Positions 34,901 to 42,712 of a stretch of 64,000 nt of DNA are shown here, piece after piece; positions within the stretch are counted from its first letter, which is position 1, and each line of letters starts with the position of its first letter. The stretch comes from Syntrophales bacterium (lineage in GTDB: Bacteria; Desulfobacterota; Syntrophia; Syntrophales; UBA2210), in the NCBI GenBank assembly GCA_963666365.2, contig CAXXNF010000002.1:2240001-2304000 (forward strand), written 5' to 3'. The position numbers were made by a program, and so were the translations under genes. The notes under the pieces are model-generated. The model worked only from the letters and a program-made list of their open reading frames with translations. It was not told where the DNA came from and made no database searches.

Positions 34901-36553
34901 ATGTACGCCCTCTTCGATCCGGCGGCCAACGAAGGCGCCGGGGCCTTTGCAGTTCCTGCGGACGTGCCGGGCACTGCGACGGGTGCGGCGGATCAGATGC
35001 CCGCCATTGCCACCGACGGCGCCGGCACCGTGCTGCTGCTCTGGGCCAGGGACGACGACGGGGAGTTCTATAGGGAGCTTTCCGGCGTCACCAACGGTAC
35101 CAACGTGGATTACGAAAACGACGACAGCCACATCTACTGGACCCGGTGGAACGGCACAGGCTGGAACGATCCCCAGGCCCTGGCCACGGGAGGCACCGCC
35201 ACGAAGCTCTCCCCCTCCGTCGCCTTTTCGCCCGGCGGGACAGCCCTGGCCGTATGGACGGAAAAGGAGGTGTCCCAGGGGGCGACGATGCACCACCTGA
35301 AGTACGCCGTCTATGCCGACGGCGGCTGGTCGTCGCCGGGGGTGATCACGGAGAGTCCCCGGTTCATCGAGGACCCGAAGGCCGTGGTGGACGCTGCGGG
35401 AACCGCCACAGTTATCTGGCGGGCCTACGCGGGGAGATCGAAGGGAGGAGGGGCACTCTTCTCCAGTACGGGACAGATGCCCGCTCCGTCCTGGTCGGAA
35501 CCGAAGCAGATCACCCACGACGACACCCTGCAGTGGCAGGCCGACGCGGCGCTGGACGAGAACAACAAGGTCTATACCGTGTGGAGCGCCTACGACGCTT
35601 CGTCGGGCATCGCAAGCACCGGCACGGGCTTCGGAAGCGGCGTCAACGTGGCGCAGGAGAGTCCGAACTCGGCGGCACTGACGGGCGTCTACGCCGATGC
35701 GGGGGTCGATGCCGACAGCAACGGCATATACGAATCGCTGGCGGTCTCCCTGGGGGTGAACATCCTTGTAGCGGGAGACTACGAGGTCCGGGGCGATCTG
35801 TACAAGGGGGATCAATTCATCCTCTCCGCCCTGACGGCAGAAGACGGTCTCGACACGGGGACACACACATTCGTCCTTTCCTTCCCCGGCGGCATTCTCT
35901 CCGACCGCGGGCTCGACGGCCCCTACGCCCTGAAACAGGTGGTGGTCATGGACCGGAGTGATTCACCGGTGCAGACGGCCTTCGCCGCGGCACCCCACAC
36001 GACGGCGGCCTACCTGGCATCGCAGTTCGTCCAGGGCCCCCTGGCGCTGGACAAGTCCTCCTATCTGGGAACAGGGGAAACGGCGCTGATCACCGTGACC
36101 GATGCACTGGCAAACACCAGCGCCGACTCGGTGCAGACTATCGCCGTAGAGGTGGCGAGCACCCGCGATTACGAAGGGTTTATGCTTGGGCTGGTCGAAA
36201 CGGGACCGGACACGGGTGTTTTCCGGGGGACGCTCGGTTTCAGTCTGCTCTCAAGCTCCTCGGAACTTGAGCGGCTCCTCGTGGCCGATCATGACCTTAT
36301 TCAGGTGATCTATGAAGATCCGAACCGCGACTACCGCTTTATCGAAAGGTCCCTCTGGACGATCGGCGGCGCCGGCGATGTAAACGGTGACGGGCAGGTC
36401 AATTTGACGGATGCCATCGTGACCCTTCAGTGCGCTGCCCACATGACTACGGAGACCGCCGTTATCACAAAGGACGCCGATGTTGACGGCGATGAAAGAA
36501 TCGGCATGGCGGAGGCCCTCTATGTGGTTCAGGCTGTGGCCGGTCTTCGCTGA
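28946..36553 (+). CDS. Giant secreted protein, copy 3: TolB/PD40-like propeller, LVIVD-repeat propellers, InlB B-repeat-like and Ig-like domains, shared constant stalk, dockerin-like C-terminus
   Basis: GGGAGG RBS; signal peptide ending THA; repeats ISGDGRFVVF.S.A.NLV.GDTN...DIFV.D; repeats VVDVSNPASP, IVDVSTPSSP; C-terminal ~920 aa shared with copies 1 and 2. Confidence 0.88.
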   Translation: MRDNMIIRLATSFLVIFILIVTSSHPTHAWVIERVSLGNSGQETAKYDGSGDIGITSLSYDGRFVCFPSEGTALVDGDTNDKRDIFVRDRTRGTTVRVNVSTEGDQILDYSSYDAVISGDGRFVVFDSQTSNLVTGTTPKKMNIYRHEMATGETVLLTKGHDGSAADDSSAWNSYMDASYDGRFVVFPSFATNLVVGDTNAKTDIFVHDCQTGTTSMVSRSADGGLPDNSSNDPAISGDGRYVVFSSTATNLVADLSISSEQVYRYDREAGTTVLVSVASDGTGANKTCEYPDISHDGRYVVFQSAATNLTGEVSADNTLTHIYLRDVVSGVTLLISKNGDGVLGDNNSGGYNAAPKISPDGRFVIFASQAQNLITDGTPINDYRNAFVYDREEKTLDVLNRTPSGEIPNGFSYAWASSEEGKVIAFVSGASNLVTGDTNSAEDVFVALRTGDGWSINSTSQIGGWRNDAAVSGSIAAVAEGKGVTLYSISGSTLQRLSCVSLPIEPTAIAIDGTKLYAASGPWEEHPIFVVADISDTSAPAILGTCEDGCPYDGVMVAKGNYVYHSASEEGGDKTAIGVVDVSNPASPVVLDFLNLGEGVVAQAFDIKDSFLYVQGVQNAPIFLVYDLSNPLVPAQTGALAVGSGETSEALHAEGNYVYSAVGSNGVRIVDVSTPSSPSPRNLFTIEGTAQDVYAEGNILYVAGGNGGLIAFNVTDPVSPVNLGSVAPGDQPFRVDGSSGGVVALFQEGDFAIRTIGFSGGAPVALGEAASPMMTNDVLASGNYLYTGAEGLLIYDMQDPGTPQVLSADSAWTHFVPLAATATQLVGFSSAADSWQKTIFSIIGITDPAHPTSVGSYTSPGAYNTGVVSGTKAFLLFSAAGAGADIIDFSNPASPTKAGTIPFESNSQHDIAASGSIVCLAGQTSEGNRVHIFDVSSPQTPELKSSLTPPGSSIRLAMAGTILFVSSNVNTVNYLEAFDLTDPAVPQRAGAIQDEKAAYDLQILNEEDQDVIILQAKPGGSVHTYGYTPSSGLLYPGPVCPSPFSQTVTVSPTPNSTGSYTVVTSDASYGTYGQEVTRTPTTCCLTTGVSPAEAAADGCKAEPTRVDPVECGGSVEVTAIPADPWVFKEWTGAASGTNPVTDATVTGKCSEAIAVFWKPTLTLGTGPLNPSYVTEFYGIAGEFDYANGRTDVVANHITLSANEVDDWLVKGLTYHTSGAGNEKEDIAEARLYLTNVGGTLLGKGTFTADNGNISFSFNVTVPKASSVSMVLVYDYKPERAWPCNDYRTKIDMGDVTAIPVTYPPGQKLPVPPNGAVHGAVSVKAGDIVKIDGDRQYGEAEDPQTNNPLEKPLKCRLQWQHPQSINFISYDIMAPQNGAFLSGAQGTVHVEKQPTADGYVEETMTLGNKKGQQNPYLVQMGMSQKGAACYSSWAPPVFTAWGLGLDLGTTSQYDNPANGDTFGTFLSNIQAENKFTLTIDMAPPDYAEVEEVLFTMGGQTVTGTVVTQNRVYEAIFDMAAFNAPQTLTITVRMIKDGQHIEQTAEYHVKSLALPSWVNSINAICHSESFTKEFSGDDGGAYTLTFNYPTNFAWSDYVPSSVGLLGGLNNDLDIEFTANAIYRIDETSTFGAAIKGQPVILGHEFGLEGGLSGDFDQNFAFQRGNGTLRASFAFDLPEKGYSKTFLIYGVPVTAAVDLSGNVEIFIRGSAVLNRQLEFEEITVAPGTTVTGNVTISLSAVFGLAKIAATGSPTATVEIELRYTTASGTTTTWRGEIVVPITVVGSIFWGLGSAELYSTELGPWTFPSGGAAPQAFRPLGEIEGPAVPRLLSTSALAIDGSGRRMTLWIDDRTPAAPAPDPDVFYRYYDGSAWSGSAPLIGTAQTNLEWETDPAVVFLNGGAALAAWTANKGDKSLNDLNDILAHQDIAFALWNGEAWTTPAKVIDDDEADGTVRLAYDGSNQKALAVWVHNADAGKNAMSRTAWKLMYALFDPAANEGAGAFAVPADVPGTATGAADQMPAIATDGAGTVLLLWARDDDGEFYRELSGVTNGTNVDYENDDSHIYWTRWNGTGWNDPQALATGGTATKLSPSVAFSPGGTALAVWTEKEVSQGATMHHLKYAVYADGGWSSPGVITESPRFIEDPKAVVDAAGTATVIWRAYAGRSKGGGALFSSTGQMPAPSWSEPKQITHDDTLQWQADAALDENNKVYTVWSAYDASSGIASTGTGFGSGVNVAQESPNSAALTGVYADAGVDADSNGIYESLAVSLGVNILVAGDYEVRGDLYKGDQFILSALTAEDGLDTGTHTFVLSFPGGILSDRGLDGPYALKQVVVMDRSDSPVQTAFAAAPHTTAAYLASQFVQGPLALDKSSYLGTGETALITVTDALANTSADSVQTIAVEVASTRDYEGFMLGLVETGPDTGVFRGTLGFSLLSSSSELERLLVADHDLIQVIYEDPNRDYRFIERSLWTIGGAGDVNGDGQVNLTDAIVTLQCAAHMTTETAVITKDADVDGDERIGMAEALYVVQAVAGLR
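33781..36348 (+). repeat. 2.6 kb direct repeat, copy 3
   Basis: Matches 19761-22328 with roughly 15 substitutions by eye; flanks are homologous but clearly more diverged. Confidence 0.95.
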
Positions 36554-36888
36554 GCCGGCGCAGAGTAGATTGTGGAGGCCCCGTAACAAGCTCCACTATG
36601 CCGGTGGATCGGCATTATAATGGAGCGTAACTCACAGTTTCCTGGGCAGAGTGCCGGGACAAAAGAACCGATTTTCGCGCAGGGGCACTGAGGACAGGGG
36701 AAAATAAAAAATGTTTTTCTCTGCCCTTGGCGTCTTGCGGGAGGAAATGAATTAGCTGCGCAGTGAAGATGATCCCACCGGTCACGCCACACCGTAAAGG
36801 GACACACATATTATCCTGCATTGGCGTTCATTCGCGTCCATTCGCGGTTCTCATAAAGAAGACCTGCGAAACGCCACCGCCGGACAGG

Positions 36889-37551
36889 TCAATCGGACAG
36901 TGTCGCTTTGATATCCTTCCTCAGTTCCTTTGAGAGCGTTTCCGCGGCCCGGCTCATGGCACGGACAAGCCCTTCCGGTGTTTCTTCATCGAAAGGAACC
37001 GCTATGCGATAGTCTTTTTGAAGGCATATGCTCCGAGCCGCCTCCTTCTTGCTGCTATCGGAGATAGTGATCGTGACGCCAAGGAGCGCCGACCGCTTTT
37101 CTCCCTCGTCTATTTCCAGAAATTCCATGACATGGCCTTCAAGGAGATAGCGGCTTTTCTCGTAGCTCAGCTCGGTCCTGACTGCGGCAAACAGTCCGGA
37201 CTGTGACAGATCACGGTAGAGCAGATTCGAAATCATGGCGGCGGGAGTTACTTTCCATCGATAATAGTGGTAGGCGGTCCGGCGATAGGGTCCGGTCCGG
37301 TAGAGCATGGCCGTGCCGTTGTAAAGTTCAGCGGCGGAAAAGCGAAGGACCGTCACTGCATCACCGCACAGAGGTGTTCCGCTCGCATTGGGCGCTTCAT
37401 ATTCAAGAACATAGAAGGTGATCGACCTTTCCGCGCTTCTTCCCCCTATGCACCCCGCACAAAGCAGAAGCCCGGCCGCCGCGACGGCGGCTGTTCCAAG
37501 CACTCTCAGCATTCCCCAAAGGTGGTTCTTTGAACGTCCGATTCCGTGCAT
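36889..37551 (-). CDS. ABC-type transport auxiliary lipoprotein (PqiC-like)
   Basis: Lipobox LCAGC, FYVLEY, YHYYRW; last gene of the MCE operon; start uncertain (37551 or 37512). Confidence 0.8.
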   Translation of the reverse strand: MHGIGRSKNHLWGMLRVLGTAAVAAAGLLLCAGCIGGRSAERSITFYVLEYEAPNASGTPLCGDAVTVLRFSAAELYNGTAMLYRTGPYRRTAYHYYRWKVTPAAMISNLLYRDLSQSGLFAAVRTELSYEKSRYLLEGHVMEFLEIDEGEKRSALLGVTITISDSSKKEAARSICLQKDYRIAVPFDEETPEGLVRAMSRAAETLSKELRKDIKATLSD

Positions 37552-37558
37552 AGGATGA

Positions 37559-38575
37559 TCACTCCCTCCTTTCCTGCGGCGGCGCACTGAACAGGATATC
37601 CGACGGGTTGACGGACAATCGTTCGATGAGTCCTTCAAGAGCCCGCGACGCCTGCTGTAGGCTTTCGCTCGCATTTCTGATCCCGATGGCGGAAAGCCGT
37701 ACCGAATTGTCCAGATCTGCCATAAGCATTCCCGCATGGTTTACCCCTTCGGCAAGTTCCATCTTTTTGAACGTGGCGCGGGAATCGGCAATGAGGAGAC
37801 GCGTTTCCTTAATCGCTTTTCCCGCCTCGTTTATGGTCTTTTCGAGGGCCGCAGTCGCTGACGTGAGTTTCATGTCACCCAGCGTCTTATGAGATCGGTC
37901 TATCAGTGCTCCTGCCTTCGTCAACGTCGTTTTTGTTTCCGCCAGAGTGGATTCCATTTCTCCCATCACGGCATCGAGACGGGCTGTTACTGTATCGAGA
38001 TTTGTCATAATACGCGCCATTTTTCCATCACCCAAGGCGGTCTTAATCGATGTGACAATGGAGTGAATCCCCTCAATAGTATCCTTCAAGTCAATGGTGT
38101 GTATCCGTTGTATCACCTCATCGATTGTGGAAAATATACGACTGATATCGGAAGGAATGGAGGGTATTACGGGATAGGGGGCGTCAAAGCCGATCGTGAC
38201 CGCTCGACCGGACTTATTTTCCACCATGTGATTCAATTCTATAAATACAAGTCCCGTGATCCCCACTGCCTTCAACTGGGCAACGGTATCCCGTGCCAGC
38301 GTATCCTCCATGTCGATCTTCATAAGTACTTCGATCAGAATATTATCGGGCGCTACACCGATTCGCTCGACGCGCCCCACTTCCACGCCACGGTATTTTA
38401 CACTTGAATCAACAGAAAGTCCCTGGACGGATTCGTCAAAATAGGTCACATATCGCACACCTTTCTGGAAATACTGGGACGCCCCCAGCCATATGACGGC
38501 CGTAATTCCCATAATGACCCCTACGGTCACGAAGAGACCGATCATGAAATTCGATGTCTGTCTCTTTCCCTGCAT
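37559..38575 (-). CDS. MCE/MlaD family protein with helical C-terminal region
   Basis: N-terminal TM, FDESVQGLSVDSSVKYRGVEVGRV, GITG. Confidence 0.9.
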   Translation of the reverse strand: MQGKRQTSNFMIGLFVTVGVIMGITAVIWLGASQYFQKGVRYVTYFDESVQGLSVDSSVKYRGVEVGRVERIGVAPDNILIEVLMKIDMEDTLARDTVAQLKAVGITGLVFIELNHMVENKSGRAVTIGFDAPYPVIPSIPSDISRIFSTIDEVIQRIHTIDLKDTIEGIHSIVTSIKTALGDGKMARIMTNLDTVTARLDAVMGEMESTLAETKTTLTKAGALIDRSHKTLGDMKLTSATAALEKTINEAGKAIKETRLLIADSRATFKKMELAEGVNHAGMLMADLDNSVRLSAIGIRNASESLQQASRALEGLIERLSVNPSDILFSAPPQERRE

Positions 38576-38596
38576 GCCCTGCCTCCTTCGGTTCCG

Positions 38597-39355
38597 TCAC
38601 TCACTTTTTCTGTTGAGAAAGTTGATAACCCGGTGATCATGGGAGCAGTCTTTCAGCTCCCGGGGATTTCCGTCCGCAATAATCCCCCTGGCGTCCTGAT
38701 CAAGCATAATCACTCGATGCGCAATACTCAAAATCGACTGAAGTTCGTGGCTTACGATTACCATGGTTGTTCCCATCCCCTGATTTATCTTGACGATCAT
38801 CGTATCGATCTCAACCGATGTGACGGGATCAAGACCTGCCGAGGGTTCATCGAAAAAAAGCATCTCCGGGTCAAGGACCATGGCACGCGCAAGACCGGCC
38901 CTCTTCTTCATTCCTCCGGAAAGCTCAGACGGCAATAATTCCTCGAATCCTGCGAGATTCACCATGCCCAGTTTCATGCGGACAATCAGATCCCGTGCAT
39001 CGGCTGAAAGGTGTCGATACTCCCGAAGAGGAAGCGCGATATTTTCACCCAGCGTCATCGAACCGAGGAGACCACTCGCCTGAAAAAGAATGCCCATCCC
39101 GTCCCTTACTCGCCGCAACGACTCACCCTCGGCTGTATGGATATTCACGCCATTGACAAGCACCCTTCCCCGGGCAGGCTGATAAAGCCCTATCATGTGC
39201 TTGAGCAATACCGACTTTCCGGAACCGCTTCTGCCCATGATGACCAGAATTTCTCCTCTGTAGACCTCAAAGCTGACATCTCTGAGAATCACGTTGCCTT
39301 CCAGCTCCGCGGTCATATGTTCCACCGAAATGAGCACCTCACCTTTGCCGTTCAT
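38597..39355 (-). CDS. MlaF-type ABC ATPase
   Basis: GRSGSGKS, ELSGGMKKRAGLARA, DEPSAGLDP, VSHEL. Confidence 0.92.
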   Translation of the reverse strand: MNGKGEVLISVEHMTAELEGNVILRDVSFEVYRGEILVIMGRSGSGKSVLLKHMIGLYQPARGRVLVNGVNIHTAEGESLRRVRDGMGILFQASGLLGSMTLGENIALPLREYRHLSADARDLIVRMKLGMVNLAGFEELLPSELSGGMKKRAGLARAMVLDPEMLFFDEPSAGLDPVTSVEIDTMIVKINQGMGTTMVIVSHELQSILSIAHRVIMLDQDARGIIADGNPRELKDCSHDHRVINFLNRKSE

Positions 39356-39412
39356 ATGCCCTCCGTCACAGATAGGGCATGTCGACAATCAATTTCTCCA
39401 CGTCCCATCATA

Positions 39413-40558
39413 TCATACGTAGTGAAATACTATGGCAAAGACGGAATCGGCCACCACAATCAGGAAGATGGCCGATACGACCGCCGATGTTGTGGCGGCG
39501 CCGACCCCTTCGGCGCCGCGTTTGACCTGCAGACCTTTGTGACAGCCGATCCCGGCAATAAGGGCCGCAAAGACTATCGACTTTACAAGCCCTGTAGCCA
39601 CATCATTAAGTGAAATACTGATGGCGGTTTGATTCACGTAGGTTCCCACGGTGAGATCCATTCCCACCACCCCCACGATCAGACCACCCACAAGCCCGAA
39701 AAGATCGGCGTACAGCGTAAGAAGCGGCACTACCAGAAGCGCCGCTACCACTTTCGGCAAGGCAAGGAACTCCACCGGATCGAATCCCATCGTCACCAGG
39801 GCGTCCAGCTCTTCGTTGACGACCATGGTGCCTATCTCTGCGGCAAAGGCTGATCCTGAACGGCCCGCGACGATGATCGCTGTCATCAGGGGGCCCAGTT
39901 CCTTGACGACGGCAATGCCCACCAGGGAGGCCACAAAAATATTTCCTCCCAGCGGTTTTAATTGCAGGGACGACATAAATGCAATAATAAGTCCCACCAG
40001 AAGACTTATAAGACCGACAATAGGCAGCCCTTCCACGCCGGCACGTGCCATATAGTGCAACACGTCGTTCCACCTGATCGACCGGGGGTGGACGCATGAG
40101 TGCCCAAGGGCATGAATGACATCCCCAAGAAAGGTCATCAGCATCACCCCATCGTTTACCGCTGCACGACTGGCCTCTCCGATATAACTGATAAGCCCGG
40201 GATAGGACCGACCGGAGGCACGTGTTCGTACGGAGAGCGCCGACGGATCCAGCAGTTCGAGCACATTTCTATGATCTTCCCTGAGATTGGCGAGCCGGCA
40301 GGGAACCGAGCGGGATGCCATGTCCTCTGTAATCGAAAGGAGCGCCATGGCGCCGGCGCTGTCGAGATAGTCAATACCGCTGCAATCAATGGCAACCGCA
40401 GCCGGCTGCGTTCTTTTTATGAGCGCCCGCACTTCTCTCACCACCTCGTCCATCGTATCCAGAGAAAGCCGCCCTGAGATGAATATCGTCAATTCTCCCG
40501 TTTCCGTCTGAATATCCGTAGCCGTTGTATTGAAACGCTTTTCCCTGCCTTTTTTCAT
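39413..40558 (-). CDS. MlaE family permease with N-terminal STAS domain
   Basis: IDYLDSAG (STAS); KELGPLMTAIIVAGRSGSAFAAEIGTM; GAEGVGAATT. Confidence 0.92.
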   Translation of the reverse strand: MKKGREKRFNTTATDIQTETGELTIFISGRLSLDTMDEVVREVRALIKRTQPAAVAIDCSGIDYLDSAGAMALLSITEDMASRSVPCRLANLREDHRNVLELLDPSALSVRTRASGRSYPGLISYIGEASRAAVNDGVMLMTFLGDVIHALGHSCVHPRSIRWNDVLHYMARAGVEGLPIVGLISLLVGLIIAFMSSLQLKPLGGNIFVASLVGIAVVKELGPLMTAIIVAGRSGSAFAAEIGTMVVNEELDALVTMGFDPVEFLALPKVVAALLVVPLLTLYADLFGLVGGLIVGVVGMDLTVGTYVNQTAISISLNDVATGLVKSIVFAALIAGIGCHKGLQVKRGAEGVGAATTSAVVSAIFLIVVADSVFAIVFHYV

Positions 40559-40743
40559 TTCGTCTCCCCCGGAGACCTTTGCAGACATTCACAAGACAAT
40601 TCATTCGTCATGCCGGCAGATCCATCCCACTGCATATGGTTCATTTTCGACCGTCAAAAGGCAACTGCAGCATATTACATATTTTTTTATCTGATGGCGA
40701 ATGTTTTTTGATATGATGCACCTTCCCCTGGCATTTTCATCTT

Positions 40744-40777
40744 TTGATTTTACTGATAATCCGTGTATAATATACAC
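40744..40777 (+). promoter_or_regulatory. Putative peroxiredoxin promoter with 7-1-7 operator
   Basis: TTGATT-N16-TATAAT; perfect palindrome GTGTATA-A-TATACAC at 40763-40777 covers the -10 element. Confidence 0.5.
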
Positions 40778-40829
40778 ATTCAATTGCTGCATAGGACTTA
40801 CCAGAAGATGCATGAAAGGAGGAAGGTCT

Positions 40830-41549
40830 ATGGCAGAAGAAATTAAGGCTGGATGCGCTCGACCGACGGGAGGCCCTGTCGGTGAGAAAAAAGACGCGCC
40901 ACACCCTGCGGAGGAACCGATTAAAAAGGAGGCAACTGCTATGATCAAGGTCGGACAGAAGGCGCCGGATTTCACCGCCCCGGCATACTACAAAGGAAAA
41001 TTCATTAATGTGCAATTATCGGAATTTCTGGGAAAATGGGTGGTACTCTGCTTTTATCCCGGTGATTTTACCTTTGTCTGAGCAACGGAAATTTCGGCAG
41101 TTGCCGAAAAATACCCTGAATTCAAGAAGCTGGGCGTCGAAGTGTTATCAATGAGCATCGACAGTGTGTTTGTACATAAAATGTGGAACGACAACGAACT
41201 TGCAAAAATGGTGGACGGGGGCGTTCCCTTCGCCATGCTATCGGATGCGGGCGGAAAGGTGGGAACCGTATACGGCATCTACGACGACAATGCCGGCGTT
41301 GAAACAAGGGGACGGTTTATCATTGATCCCGACGGCGTTGTGCAGGGCTTTGAAGTGCTCACCCCGCCGGTGGGCAGAAACGTAAGCGAATCGCTGCGCC
41401 AGATTCAGGCATTCCAGCTTGTACGGGAAAGCAAAGGCACCGAGGCAACCCCCTCCGGCTGGCGTCCGGGGAAGATGACCCTCAAGCCGGGTCCCGATTT
41501 GGTGGGAAAAGTATGGGAAGTGTGGAAAACAGACATGGCCTTCGATTGA
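40830..41549 (+). CDS. prxU: Selenocysteine-containing peroxiredoxin (PrxU-type, AhpC family)
   Basis: ORFs 40701-41081 and 41142-41549 are in frame; [15 protein letters not shown] places TGA (41079-41081) at the peroxidatic Cys of FYPxDFTFVCPTE; AAGGAGG RBS. Confidence 0.92.
41092..41109 (+). promoter_or_regulatory. Putative bacterial SECIS element
   Basis: Hairpin tttcggc-agtt-gccgaaa starting 11 nt after the in-frame TGA. Confidence 0.7.
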
Positions 41550-41657
41550 TTGGACTGTGCTGAAATAATCCGGCAGATATAATTCATATCCTGCCGCCAG
41601 CATTCGAAGCTCCTCATGCAATGTGAGGAGCTTTCGCATGTTGACTCGACAAGGAAC

Positions 41658-42701
41658 ATGGTGAAAATACATTTCATTCTGCTGCTGTGCCTCACGGCAC
41701 TGCTGATCCCGGGAAGATGCGTTGCGGCGGGCAATGTTGAAGACTCATGGACCTTCAGTCTGTATGTGGAAAACGACATGTTTGCCAATACTGATCAGGA
41801 TTACACCAATGGGATCAAGTTGACCTGGATCTCGCCTGATCTTACCAGTTATGCTCAGAGTGACACCCTTCCCGACTGGAGTCTGCGATGGATCAAGCGG
41901 CTTCCGTTTATTAACGAAGCAGGGCTCCAGCGGAATATTGCCCTCAGCATCGGGCAGAACATGTATACCCCTGAAGATACGGAAAACACCAACCTGATTG
42001 TGGCCGATCGCCCCTATGCGGGGTGGACTTATGGCAGCATTGCCTTTCACAGCAAAAATGAGCGTCGTCTCGACACAATTGAACTGCAGGCAGGGATGGT
42101 GGGACCGCTCTCCTTCGCCGAAGAGACACAAAAAACGTGGCATGGCCTGATAGGCGTCGCCAAACCCCGGGGCTGGGACAATCAGATCTGCAATGAGCCG
42201 GGGCTTGCCGTAATTTATGAACGAAAGTGGCGCACATTCCGCATCGAAAATAAGGACGGTCTTGGCAGTGACACAATCACCCGCCTCGGTGCAACCCTGG
42301 GAAATGTATATACCTATGGAAATTGCGGAGTGGAAACCAGGTTCGGCTGGCATATCCCCGCCGATTTCGGGACTTCCCTCATCAGGCCGGCGGGCGATAC
42401 TAACTCCCCCGTGGATCAGCGGGACACAAGACTTTCAGGAAACGCGCTCCCTTTCGGATTTTATCTTTTCGCTTCCGCCGAGGGAAGGGCTGTGGCACGA
42501 GATATCTTTCTTGACGGAAACACTTTTACCTCGAGTCACAGTGTGGATAAGAAACATTTAGTAGCTGATTTCGCCGTCGGAGCGAGCCTTGTCGCAGGAC
42601 CCGTAAAAATTTCCTATGCCCATGTATTCCGTACCAAGGAATTCGAAGCGCAACGGGACAATCACAAATTCGCCTCCATCACCATCTCCTTTACATACTG
42701 A
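41658..42701 (+). CDS. Lipid A deacylase LpxR family outer-membrane protein (DUF2219)
   Basis: Signal peptide; ENDMF, DQDYTNG, GQNMYTP, DRPYAGW, GWDNQI, FLDGN; terminal aromatic residue. Confidence 0.85.
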   Translation: MVKIHFILLLCLTALLIPGRCVAAGNVEDSWTFSLYVENDMFANTDQDYTNGIKLTWISPDLTSYAQSDTLPDWSLRWIKRLPFINEAGLQRNIALSIGQNMYTPEDTENTNLIVADRPYAGWTYGSIAFHSKNERRLDTIELQAGMVGPLSFAEETQKTWHGLIGVAKPRGWDNQICNEPGLAVIYERKWRTFRIENKDGLGSDTITRLGATLGNVYTYGNCGVETRFGWHIPADFGTSLIRPAGDTNSPVDQRDTRLSGNALPFGFYLFASAEGRAVARDIFLDGNTFTSSHSVDKKHLVADFAVGASLVAGPVKISYAHVFRTKEFEAQRDNHKFASITISFTY

Positions 42702-42712
42702 CAGAAGCGAAA

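Noticed and set aside
18148..36553. Diversity-generating retroelement acting on the repeated genes
   Set aside because: No reverse transcriptase or Avd gene in the window and no short TR/VR pair. Differences between copies are mixed substitutions in both directions, not adenine-specific.
11009..36553. Cellulosome or classical polymorphic toxin locus
   Set aside because: No glycoside hydrolase, cohesin, RHS/YD repeats or downstream immunity genes recognised; the variation is N-terminal.
36554..36888. Hairpin (about 36586-36627) and short cgttcattcg-type tandem repeat (about 36825-36850)
   Set aside because: Probably a terminator and a generic short repeat; too little evidence for an RNA gene.
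40701..41549. Peroxiredoxin pseudogene or two separate genes
   Set aside because: The stop is TGA exactly at the catalytic residue, followed by a SECIS-like hairpin and an intact frame; selenocysteine explains it better.
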